This document shows positions 14,232-27,600 of a stretch of DNA of 64,000 nucleotides, piece by piece. The position numbers and the translations under genes are program-made. Position 1 is the stretch's first letter. Each line of letters starts with the position of its first letter. The notes under the pieces were generated by a model. The model ran no database searches, had not been told where the DNA came from, and was given only the letters and a program-made list of their open reading frames with translations. This stretch comes from Rotaria socialis (taxonomy: Eukaryota). Where the stretch lies: positions 124,001 through 188,000 of the forward strand of contig CAJNYD010000047.1 in assembly GCA_905331295.1 (NCBI GenBank), written 5' to 3'.

Positions 14232-15610
14232 AAAAATATCACCTTTGCGGTTTAGCTCTTAATACTTGATTTTGATCAGTTTTTCAAGCTCTTTCATCTG
14301 AAACTATAATCATTTGATTCTATGACAAAAAGTATTTTTTGAAATTTTCAACAAATCCATGTACTCCCCCAGGAGGTCGGATAAGGTCGAAAATTTTTTC
14401 TGTGCTCAAAAATGAACTAACGTCGCTAAACGGCTTAGTATACTAATCTTATTTTGTTCTATGCTGAAATTTTTCTGAATCGATGATATCTAGTATTCGT
14501 CACATGTCGTTTATTTCCATAATTTCATTACCATATCGATAATGTTAACTACTTTTCGGATCGAGCATACCATTTTTTTTAAATAGTTCTTTGAAGTTTT
14601 GTATAGAATTAAAAGTTACATGAAATATCCGAAATTCTGCTTGGGGCCTACTGATTTAGAAAGATTAGATCAAATATACTGTGAAAAATAGAAAAAAAAT
14701 TGCCACTTCCTATACTGGTTGATGCTTGCAACCTCCATAAAAGAACATCATCCAATACTTTAAATATCCAGTATTATTCACCTATCTATGGACTATCTTT
14801 CAGAGTATTCGTCTAACGATTTGAACAAACGTCTGAGGCATGAGACGGGGTTGTTTGATCGAGAAATATTTTGCTATTGCTTACATTGAAAATTTGTGAG
14901 GATGGTAAAAGTCGTCTCTGAGTAACTTTTCGAAGGAAAGATATTAGAAGCTAAAATTTTCAAGTTAGTAGTTTTAAACCTTGATCTTTCGAATGAACAT
15001 AAAAAACCCAAAAATAAATTCTATTGAGTGCTCAATACACTGGAGCGATTCTCGACCGGCTCGTGGCAGCTCTCTTAATGTCTATTGTTTTGAAAGCTTT
15101 TTTCAAGCTCCTCAGACAAAATACTAAATCATTAGCCATTAGGTCGTATCGATATTCATCTACCAGATCAAAACATTATAGCATTAAAGTCTAACGATTT
15201 TCTTATTATCATAATTGAATCAATTAAAAATTACCATAGAGCAATGCATTTACCTACTTAAAACTGTTTAGTTATTTTAGTTCAAATTCATGCAACATTA
15301 TTTATTTATCAACATTAGGCATCTATTTATAGTAAATTTAGAATATATTCATTGAACTCTTTAACGTAGATGAATGAATAAAAAAATTTATTGTAAAATT
15401 AATATTTCGACTTTAAAAAAAAATAGAAAAACAATTTTCACACATAAATCACATACTAAGCAAAACTGTATCTTTGCATATTATCAAGAGTTTTATTTTC
15501 TACTCAAGATACCATCGAAACAATAATCGTATTATAGTGTATAATCTGACTTGAAAGTTGAATAAGTATTTTTTTGCTTGCATGTAGATTACTTAGTCTT
15601 CGTGTTGAGC

Positions 15611-18600
15611 TTAAGAATCTAATTATTTTCAAAAAAAAAGAAAACGAGCATAATGAAAATAAAATAGATAATAAAATTTTTACCGGTCCGAACACGAGGA
15701 TATGGATGGCTAAGTAATTCTCTAGCTGATCGACGCTGTTCAAGATCAGGCTTTAAACACAGTTCAATAAATTCGTAGGCTTCTTTTTGCCCTCGTAATT
15801 CCTCTGGAATAGGTGGGCCTTTTTTTGCTAATAATTGATTTTGAATATAGAATTGATCTTCAGGTGGACGTGTTACAGTTGTCCATGGTAACTAAAATTA
15901 TTAAACAATTGATCGAAATCTTATATTCTAAAAGTTTACTTTGCCAGTTAACATTTCTATTATAGTACAACCAAGTGCCCATATATCAGATTTGTAAACA
16001 TATTCTGGTTCTGGAGGTTTGAAGTCTAGTAGAAGAAAACAACATTGAGATAAGTCTAGATGCACAAATTGATTCGTATCAATATCCTATACGATCTTTT
16101 TCGATTTCGATTTATATAAAAGTTTTGTGAACAATAGTAAACAATATTACTCATTTTATTCCCTATACTGAAAGGTGGGTATTACGGAAAACGAGTTCAA
16201 TACGTTCATTAGTAAGATCGTTCGCACAGAACAAAAAAAATGTTTTTTTTGATTTCGTTCATGGAAATGCACTAAAACGTTTGTCTGACAGGTTTTGGGG
16301 TCGGGGAATCCGAATCCGATGTTAGTTTTTTGCTTTTTTTAGAAGAGAGAAAGAGTTTTTTATAAGCGTTGACGGAAGGTAATCGTGTCGGAGAATCCGA
16401 ATCGTTTTGGTGCTGACTCGTTCTTTGTCGACCGAGCCGGTCCTTCTAGTCGAATAAAACAGTGAATAAATTGAACTCTGAGGCGGATCACTGGTATGTT
16501 ATCGAGTGATAGTATTTCGTCAGTTGTCATGGAAAGAGGCTTTTGAAAGTAGTCAAAATGGTGTAGATGATCTGTATGATGTGCTAATCTATCTACGAAG
16601 TATATTAGAACATGGTCACGACTAGCCGTTGAACATAATATTGATGAAAATCAACTTTCGTACCACAGAAACTAATTGGATAATGCTATATCGATAGTCT
16701 CTGTTTATGCAGGATTCTTGGATGGGGGGCGTAAAGCTGCTCAAAAAATATATTTTAATATACCCAGGAGAATCATTCCGATAGTAGGATCCTATCGAAT
16801 TCTGACAAGGGTCAGACAGTGAATATACCGAATACCATGTGTTTCAATAAAACCGACGAAATCTTATGGAATTCCTGGACACGGACCTATAGTCGGATCC
16901 TTGGTATTGGATCCAATCGGATCCGATATTGGATTTTAACGGGATCCAACTCTAGCGAATCCCCCTTACGCTCTGATGGCTAAAAATGCTCATTTGATCG
17001 TGAATAAAGAAATGATTATTTTCGTCGGAACCGACAATAGACTCGTGCCCAGGAATCCTATCGGATTCTGTTCTGTCGGGGAGTCGAATCCCGTAGGATT
17101 CGATAAGATCCGTTGTCGGATTCGTGCATCTGGGTAGCCCTCTAGGTTGTGGTAGAAAGAAAGCGAATGCGTATATGTTCCATGACTATGATCATATCTG
17201 GGTTTTTAGAACCACATTTTGATCAATGATTATCCAGTAGGGAGATCAGCAAATGAAATTATAATGCTATAAAACTAACTTGGTAATAATGCTTTTAAAA
17301 TATTCTATATTTTCAGCGGAGGGTCAGCGGTGCTTATGCCACGTTACTTGTAGAGTAATGCGCTGAGCAGCTACAACGACCAAATGTTCGTTCAGTCGTG
17401 TGTCCGTTACACACAATGCAAGAAAATTTATAGCTATAGTCACATTTGCTTTTCTTTCGTTCTCTACATATATCTACGGAACGAAAAATAGTATACGTGT
17501 ATATATATTATATCAGCGAGTTCCAAGGTTGCCAAGATTGGTGGAGGGGAGTAGAAGTATGCGGTTCCAAAAATTACACGGAACCGGAACTGCGGTTCCG
17601 GTCCCGGTTCCCAATCATTTCAAAACAGTAGTTCCGGTGCGATTCCAAAATTAGTATACAGAATCGTGGAACCGTTTACCTATCAAAGTGTGGTTATGAT
17701 ATACAATATGTGGCGTATTGACCATGTTTGCTGACGTCGCTGACCACAAAATTTGTATCTCCGCCTCAAGATCAGTATAGAATCACACCTGACATGAGTT
17801 GCGAATCGCTTCTTTTCCAATAGTAGCTTGACAAAAAACTTGATGTAAGTGATGATATAAAAGAAACGATTCACGGTTCCATATTTTGTGGAACCGCAAA
17901 CCTCTTTGAGGGGATGGGCGATGACAAGAGATCGGTGAAAAAATTTTCACTAAAAATGAATGACTTGTTGAGGGGACAGTTGAGTAGTTTTTGAAAATCG
18001 GTGAGCAAAACGGAAAAATTCTGAAATTTTTGCTGGGAAAACTCGAAAAGTTTTCAAGATTAGGGGACATTGCGCGTCCCCTACTCGGAACACCCGTGTC
18101 ACCGATTTCTAGCAACCAACTGTCGGGTCTGTTCAATCGAACTCATTTGGTTTTTGCTCAATTCAATATTTGGTATAGAAATAAGACTCCGATAGATTTT
18201 GACAGAAGCCGTTTTGAAAAAATATCGAATCCCGAGTTGTCATGGATGATTCACAGAGTTCTCAAAGTATAAGCATTTCGACCAAGAGTAATCTTGAAAG
18301 GGCTGTACCTAAATAGCGGCTCGCCCTATTGGGTTGAGATTTATGAAAGACATACGTCTCGACAAGTTCAGTACGTATGCTATTCTCCTTTCCTGTTCGT
18401 AGGGTGTCGTTAATGATGTTTTATTTTTTGTGAACATTGTGATTTTTAGAGGATGCTTCCTGTGAAGAAATGTGCGTAGTGTCAGGACTAAGCTTGAAAA
18501 GTTGAAATAAAAATGTAAGATTTACAATTTTATCAATAAAATTAGCCTGGATTGCATGAAAAGGATCCGAAAAAGGGGACATGTCTGAAATTTATTCAAC

Positions 18601-21600
18601 TGGAAACACGTATTTGTGACCCATCAACAGTTTTCAATTGTTAACTCCCACGGCTGAAGAGAGGGTCATATGAAATAAGGTGGATTTCTGGTCTCGTAGT
18701 CTCTTGAAGATTTAGCTGCTCACAAATATTAATGTAGGTTCAGTCTGAGTCATTAACATCACGAGTACTTAGTGTTATGAATTCAAAACCTCAAATTTGA
18801 TTTTTCTAGGTCTCATCAAATTAGATTGTTTGAGGTTAGAAATTCACCAATAAATGTTTTTCCATAGAACTTCTGACTCGCTGCACTTGTCGATACTAGG
18901 GGTATAATCGTTTTCAGATCTAAGTTTAGGCAAAAAAGTTCTTTTGATCGGAACTGAAACTGAGCTGTCATACACCTAGCCGATACTATGACTTGTAAAA
19001 AATAGAATAAATGAAAGTATGAAAATGAGGGCGCATCGACTTTTGGAAGCAGATGATAGTAATTGTTATGGGACTAGATTTCAATCGAAGTATTCATCAA
19101 GCTATGGGGATTTATAAGAGAATGTGCACTATCTGGATCTATTTGGTTGAAACAGTGGTCGAAAATGGCGAAACATTTAATCTTTTTCAAATCAACTCTG
19201 ATAACAACTTTTCTGTCAGTATAAAATAGCTGGCACATACGTTTTACAGAAGATCTTGTTTATTGAATTTAGGCTCTCTTGGTCATAGATAGACTTGAAT
19301 AAAATAAAATGAGTGTTTATGTCTGTGTTTGTATGTATTTTGATGGAAGAACACTGATGTATCCATATGTATTCGTGAGTGCTCAGATTATAACTGACGA
19401 ATCTAATCGCTGATGTCAGTGCTAACTTCATCTAAATACAATATTCATGCTACAGCTCTCATATGGGTCGCCTCTTTTATGCTCATATTTAGTCAGTAAA
19501 ACGCATAAAATGTCGAGCTCTTGTTCAACCTCAATTGTTTTTCAAGCTAGAAGCTCAACAAAAGCGAGATTTTTTCTTAGCAAAACCATGCGACATCATT
19601 TTAATGTCGGCCACATCGAACAACTATAGGCTACCACCTTTGAACCACGGAATAGATTCTTACACTTTTTCATCCTAATATATCGGATTAGTTCAAAACT
19701 CGTGCAGCATGGATTACAAACACGTTGTCTCATATGGTCTATTTCTCAACTGCGAAACAATAATGCTTTGGAACCTAGGCTCTGAGTTTCAGAAGCCCTA
19801 TGTTATTTCATATCAATTAGAAACACAATCGCATAATACTTTTCAGATCATTAATGTCCTTTGTGAATTACATAACCATTTATTATTCTCCTTTCAGTAG
19901 GGGGCTTAGCGGCGTTTGCGTCGCGGTACTTGCGTTTATTAGAAGGTCTTCAGATAGACTGATTACAAGGATGTGGATGTGAGAACATGTTCATGTGCAC
20001 CCGTAAATGGATCGCATGAGTATCACTTATGCGTCCTATGCAACATTCGACTCTATAGCTTGATATTGAAAGCATACAAATGAAGATTCACGCAAATTGT
20101 TATACCAATTCTCGTAGCAATAAAACTAACGTAAGTGTTTAAATATTATAACCTACTCAATTTTCATGAAAATGCATCCTACTAAACAATAGAAAACGTA
20201 CCAAAGATGTGGAAGATTTTAGATTTTTGAGGAAATTAATACAACGAATTCGGCCAGCCAGTGGCATAGTAAATATGTCTCAAATAACTTACATATAGTT
20301 CCTTTTTGTGTAGTACGTGAATCACTGGTATCGGATGATCGTGATTCGATACCAAGTCGATGTGATAAGTTAAAATCCTGAAATGAAATGTTCACCTAAA
20401 TAATTCTATTTATTTTAACATTAACTTACACCTAATTTGACAATATAATTTCCATTTTCATTTGCAATAAATATATTATCACCTTTAACATCACAATGAA
20501 CAATAAAATGTTCATGTAAAGCCATTAAAGCTTGTAAAAGTTGTTTAACAAATCCTCGAACATGTTCTTTAATATCAAGTGATGAGCTTAAACGAATACC
20601 ACCTGTATTCAGATCTTCATCTTGATCACTTGAATCACTCCATAAAGCATCATTTTTTCTTTTTATACGTTGACGTTTTTCAAATGATCGAATATCATTC
20701 AAAAATTCATTTACTGTCGATAAACAATATTCCATACAAATATAAATTGTTTTCTACGAAAAACGAAAACTCAATATTGAATAAAGAAATTTTCTTTTGT
20801 CATGTGTTTTCTCTACCTTATATTTTTCAATACCAAAGTATCGTACAATATTCGGATGATTAATAGACATAATCATATCGATTTCTTCTGCAATACGTCG
20901 AAGATTTCTCTGATATGCACTTGATAATGATGAATTTATGGGTGATAAATGTATTTCTTTCATACAAACAATCGAACCATTTGAACAATTAATTGCTCGG
21001 AATGCGACACCAGCACCGCCTCTACCAATACGTGTACCACGACGCCATGGAAAATCGATATTCCGCATTTTCAGTGATATCACAGGATCTGGAGTTGGTC
21101 CATTGGTTGTCGTTGCATTATTAAATATATGACCAATTTGTTTACGCTCACGAAACTTCTTTTCTAAATCATGTTCAAGATTTTTAATTTTCTGTATGAT
21201 ACGTTCACGAGGTGTAATGAAAGTTGAAGACATTAATTCATTAGATCGGCCGCCACTTTCATTTCTTCGATGTCCACCTAAAAATGAATGACAGTTGTTT
21301 TTTATTTTAAGTATTCAAATTATATTTTAGTCATTACGTGTTCGACTCAACGTTGTTGATGTAGACGATACACTATTTGAACGCGCTAGAAAAACATGCA
21401 GACATTGTGTGAAAATCAATAGATTTAATATAGTTTAAAATTATCAAACGCAATCGGATTAAGAAAACTTTAAATCAGCTTTTCCTTATTCTTACCAACA
21501 TTCATGTTAGGAAAAGTACGATCAAGTAGGGAAGTAGTATCTTTTGAGAAAGACAGGAAATGTCCATTAACAATATAAATCAAACAAAATTTTACCTTTT

Positions 21601-24600
21601 AATGTAACTAAAGAATGATTCACTCCTGCATTTCCGTAAAGAACATCAAGAGCAGCGGGCATTTCTTTGATTAATTTTTTATAATCATCATTTGAAAGTA
21701 ATTGTAGATGAGTTGAATCTGCTAGAAAACGCAAAAAACTCATTCCAGGTGAAAGCCATTTTGGACTAAATTTTTAATTAAAATTCTTTTAAGAAATTCA
21801 TGTGTGTTTGCTTTTTAATTTTTACCTGAAGACTTTATATCTAACTGTTCGAGTTTGTTTCATTGATGTGTGTTTAAATTTTTTCGCCACACATTTACAC
21901 CATTGACAAAAAAATTCATTCATTGTGCTAACAAATTTTTCAAAGATTTCATGATTATTTGTTGGTATAGTTAGTAAAACTTCGGATAAAAGACGAAATA
22001 GATCAAAACCCGAATTATAAATATATAGAACAAGATCAGCTAATTTCGATTCGATTGTATGTTCATCAAACTTAGCAATTTCTGCCAGATAAAGTTTTGT
22101 TGAATCTTGATCCCAGAGTGTATTTAATATACGAACAAGATCAGTTAATGTAGTACTTAATCTTTCGACATGCTCCTATGAAAAAATAAGGAAATCGAAA
22201 TGTTTATTTATTATCTTATGGAAAAAGAAGAGCAAGAAATACATACAGATAATTGATAAAATGTTACACGAATATCTTCATCTCGTGGTACTTTTCTAAT
22301 TAGTTCAACATTCATTAATCCAGCATGTGAATTAAATAAACTAACAGCACTATTCCAATGATCAAAACGATTAACGACCAAATGTAATGAGCTAAGTTCA
22401 ATGGAATTTAATGCTAATTTTGTACTTTCACTCGGTTGAATGTATAAAACTTTTCCTGTCCATGCATAATTGTGCCGATTTAAATTTTTCTTGGGTACAA
22501 AAATCATATAGCATAGTGGTGCTTCTTTTTTAGGTTTACATGGTTCATCTACTACAATTTGTTGTGAACATACAATACTCAATAATCTTTCGACTTGATC
22601 TTTTTCTGCTGATAACCAAGGCGGAACAAATACATGAAAATTATCAAAATCATCGACATACTAATTTTAAACGAGAGTATATATGTTTATATTTGGTTTG
22701 AAAACATCGATGAACTTACATTTCTACTCAAATAAATTTTAACTTGAGTATAAGAATTTTGTAGCAGCTGCTGCCATAAGCCATGATGATTAGAACATCT
22801 AAATTCAGCCGCAATTGAAAAATCCTTAACGACAAAAACAAATTGGTAGAAAAGAAAATTCATAAAATTCTATGAATAAACTTACCACAATAAGAGTTTT
22901 TGCTAATTGACAAACACGTATTGCACGTTGTTTGATTGTATCGAAATCTCGACGAAATTCACGTGTACTTGAAATAATATCGTTTCTAGATACGAGAGAG
23001 AAAACAAAACAGCTCGCAAGTTTATTAAATTACTTTTTTTGATCAGAAAATGATGCTGCTGAGTCACATAATGAAAATTCACTATGATGAAAATCATGTG
23101 GAACACTACTCGATGCAACAAATGAAGGTGGCTTGATGAGTTCAGATATTACACTACAACAAAAAAAGAGTAAAGAAATCCTATGCAAAATTATCATCCT
23201 AATAATTTATTAAAATGAACTAATTCGTTTTAAAGCTTATGTACAGAATGAGAACTATTAAAAGATTTCGATCGAACTAATTGCTACCAAAGAACTAGGT
23301 AATGGGTCAAACCGACGCTAATTAATGCAGGATATATTTTTGTGAATTACTCTTAGAAAAATTGAATCGACGATGGCCAGAATTCAATCTATAAAAGTAG
23401 TCTTTTGAATATAAAATAAAATACTTAAAGGGAGTTTATCTCCCAAAGACAAATCGCCAAAGGATTGAAATATTTATTTTTAATTTCAGTTGTTTGATCA
23501 GAAATATACCTCAAAACAGTCCTGATAATACCGTTTAACAACTAGTATGATAAAATCGGGGATTCTGCTGATCGTTAGTTAAGAAAATGTATAACATTGG
23601 ATAGAAAGCTATTTTAACATTTCTAGACTAGATTCCGGGCAATCGTGCAAATATCTACAATCGTTTATAAACTTCATCGGGTTTTGTTAAATACAAAGTG
23701 AATTATTTCAAAATAAAACGACTAGTCGAATTCTGTAATTCCAGAAATACAAAAGAATATTTTGTTCAATCTTACTCAGCCGAAGAAGATGCATCATAAA
23801 TTTTCGATGTATTACTCATGTTAATTGTAAATGCTTGATAGTATTTTTCCGTTTTACCGTTTAATTCTTCTTTCAATTGTACTAATATTCGTTGTATTAA
23901 AGTACTGCAAATAGTCAGAACAAAGAAAATGTATAAAACTTTTTCAATATAACCTATTTACCTAAAATCAATACACAAATCACGAATTTCATTACGATTT
24001 CCTAATGTCACTGTTAAATCACGTGAAAAATAATATTCTTTAATTAATTCTGATGTTTCTTCGTCAACATAATAATACAAATCTGTATTTGTTTCATTAT
24101 TCATAATCATCATGTCGTCATCGTGTCCACCAAATGAACGATTAATACAAACTGTACTTAAAAATTGTTTATAATGCTAAAATTAAAATAAAAACACTAT
24201 CATTAATAAACGTATTTAAAAAAAACGGCAACAAACCGTATAAAGCTTAAGTGTATTTTCATCGAATTCCATCAGTTCATCAACTATTTTCCGATGTGAA
24301 ACAAATTGTTCCATCATGCGTATACTGTATAAACGAGTTGCTAACGCATCTCTATTAGATAGAATATGTAAAATTTGAAAAAAAGGAATATGGAAATTTT
24401 CCTGTTTGTTGAACTCACCTTAAAACTAATTTTGCTTCACGAACTAGCTGAACTCAGAAAAAAGAACAAATAAATGAATATATAACAAATGAGTTCTTTT
24501 TTCTATCTTACTTGTTGCCGACAAAGAGAATCTATTTCAATAGTAGCATTATTCATGTAAGGTTTATGATAAAGTATTAAACATTCATTCATAACATCAA

Positions 24601-27600
24601 GCAAAACATTAATAATAAAAAAATATAACGGTAGCAACGAAGGCAAACCTAATTGTTGATGCAGTTCCAGCCAATTTTGCTTTAGAGTATCTTCTGTATA
24701 CGAACATACTGTTTTTATTGTTGGACATGATTTTAGTACACTGAAAAGCCATTTTTCGATTGTTAATTCTCCAATATTGAGATTTGTTGTCGTGTCTTCC
24801 TCAACTGGATTATCTGTATCGACAAGTTTATCCTCAGTATCATCACTAGTAATATTTATCTTCGATTCTGATTTATTTCTGCTTGCTGTTGGGCATTCAC
24901 ACAGTGATAGACCAGCAAGAACTTGTTCAACTTTTACTTTACGTCGATCATTTGCTTGTAATAAAGCAAGACGAGTTTTAACAAGAACTGGCGCAACGCG
25001 TTCAATTAGTGTTCTTGCTAAACCATCGTATTTAACTTGATAAGAACGTTTATCCATATAGTAAACAAAATTTCTAAGAAAAAATAAATGATAAGCGAGA
25101 AAAAAGAGCTAAATAGGCTTCTCAAGCTTACCGGTAACAATCGATACGATTTAATTTAGTGGTTTTAGGGTTTGCTTCATTTGGATTCGAATCATCAGAA
25201 ACTAAATTATTTAAAAAAAATAAAATAATGTATATGGAAGATTAGTTCGATTACTGTTAAGACGAGAAAAATGATCAAGAGGCTCTTCAGGCCAACAACT
25301 CTAGAAAAAAAAACAAAGAAAACGATTGAATTTCCAAAGTTACACTGGATCACGAAGGGCATCTTTTTTCAGTTCAAACATCCTCTTTAAAAATTTCGCA
25401 CATCATGTTTTCATGATTAGATTTTTTGAACGTTTGAAATCATAAGCTAATGCAATTTTTTATTGTTTTTTATTCAAATATCTAAATAAATCCTGCATGA
25501 GAATCGCCTGCGGTATTTGAATAGACTGAAAAATGAAACATTTCTTTCGTTAAGAAACTTTTTCTTATCCTGAATTCATTATACTTTGATGAGTTTAAAC
25601 ATACTTTTGGTAGAATATCACTTTCGTCATCATCTTCTGATTCGATTTCCTCGTCACTTTCTTCAGTTAATTTTACTCCATCATCATTGTCTTCTTCATC
25701 ATCTTCTCCTTCTTCTTCATCACCTGTTGAATCGTAATCAGCAAAAGATTCATTTGCTCGTTTAGCTTTACGCTCGCGACTTGTTACCATCGAACGAAAA
25801 CTTAATTTTGGCCAATCTTCACAATCATCACAACGTAAGAGTCCACTTATTTTTCTAACCGATGTCGTTAATTCATAATAAAGATTGTACCAAACAAAAA
25901 GTGCATCTAATCGACGATGAAATACTGATAATGTATCATTTGTATGACCACTATCAACATGTTTTAAACAGTAAAGTATATGTTGCTGATCAGCTAAATC
26001 AAATAGTTCTGTAAGATCATTTTCAGTTCGTTCACAATCTTCAATATAATCTTGTGATAATGTACGAAAAAAACGTAATGGACTATCTTTAAATGCTATG
26101 CCATCACTATTTATTTCATATTTTAGCTCAGTACTTGTATTACGAGTTAGTGATGGCGATGATGTCTCTGATGATTCATTACTAGCCATGTGACCATCTA
26201 AATCATGAAAGAATAATAATCATTAACTCGCATGATTAGCGTTTTCTACTAGAATAAAAATTATTTCCAAAATTATTGGAACACATTGTAGAGTAAGAAA
26301 TCACTTTTTAGATGGCTTCTACTTCTTAAAAATTAGAAAAAGTTTTCGCGGATAGATCACTATAAATAGAATTTGAATTATCATATATCTGAGAGTAAGA
26401 CTTCATCATGATTCAAGATAAGTATGCTTTATCGCTTTCTTCGTACATAATTTGAACGTGACTTTTAAGGGATGACTATATTGGGTTGGCGACTACACAA
26501 TAATATGATTAAACAAGCTGAAATCTTAATGTATTAAAATAATGGTGAGGATATGTAACGATGAGATCGACACTCTAGCGTATAGTGACTAGTTAATAAT
26601 TAAAAAATAAGTCTTTCGGAACATTCTATCTATTCTCAAATAGATTTTCTTGTTAGAGTTATACTATTTTTCAACGCTCAAATTTTAGCAATACTATTTG
26701 TGAAACACGATCTGAAAGAAGTGCTGAAGTATATAGGGTAAAAATTTGAATCCCCCCACAGACCGTTACAGAGAAATTAATTAATTAGTTAGTTAATTAT
26801 ATGGCCAGTTAATTAATTAGTTGATTCTTTTCTCTGTAACGGTCTGTGATGGTCTCTACCGACTCCATAGACCATAATACAGATCGTGACAGAGAAGCTA
26901 CACAGATATCATCACAGACCATGCCCGAAAGGCTCCGTGAATGATTACAAAAAGTGGTAGAAACTCTGGAAAAGCTCACAGACCGTGGTAGACGGGCTCC
27001 AGCAAAGAAGTTTAATCGTGTTTCACATTTTTATCCCACAGGGATTGCGCTAATAGCTTTTATCAGTTAAGTTTGATTTCATTCTACCAGAATGACTATC
27101 ATATCAGGAATCATCATTTATACTCCGAAACCTTTGCGTGTTGCTTATGCGCCTTGCTTACTGATATCTTCTAAATCGGACCTTTTCATTAGTATGAAAA
27201 AAAATGTTGCTTAGACAAGGTCTTTTGATTTAACTTACTTATTTATTTTTGTACTGGGCACGAAACGAAGAGCTAATCTCTTAGCATATATCTTGTCTCA
27301 GCGAATGTCTAGTTGTACAGATTATCGAGAGCTCACAGACTAAAAAAACTAAAATATAATAGTTTTTGTAGATTATTATTTTTCTAACTACTAGTGTTTT
27401 GTTTTCATAGCATTATGGTTTTATTTTGACTATTAATTTTTCATCTTATATAAAAAAAAAGTAGAAAAGTGATTTGCTAATCTGTGATGCAATTTGTCGC
27501 CTTGAAACATACCTTTGGTTACATCAACTTCACTTTCAAGATATCTATTGGAAAGCTGAATAACATCTTGATTTATTGTAATTAAATCTTTAACACTTTC

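Larger units (their letters stand above)
13551..15074. mobile_element. Non-autonomous foldback DNA transposon with ~220-bp inverted arms (Kolobok-like termini, tentative)
   Basis: 13551-13774 is an imperfect reverse complement of 14840-15074. Termini GAGAGC...GCTCTC are flanked by TTCA / TTAA. Confidence 0.7.

Noticed and set aside
16763..17680. GGATCC- and GGAACC-rich repeats resembling a CRISPR array
   Set aside because: No constant repeat with unique equal-length spacers, no cas genes, eukaryotic intron; explained as MITE subterminal repeats.
17783..18272. Overlapping 117-aa and 93-aa ORFs
   Set aside because: They lie in GC-richer MITE sequence within an intron, with no protein-like motifs.
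19000..19240. Possible Tc1-like transposase remnant (LWGIYKENV-like)
   Set aside because: Only a few residues resemble the motif and no TIR pair was identified.
25301..25604. Exon-like stretch in MAP3K4 with an in-frame TGA (…LIMKT*CAKFLKRM…), suggesting readthrough, selenocysteine or a pseudogene
   Set aside because: The phase-0 donor after LPK (25605) can splice straight to the phase-0 exon SCWPEEP (25300), so this is most simply intron.
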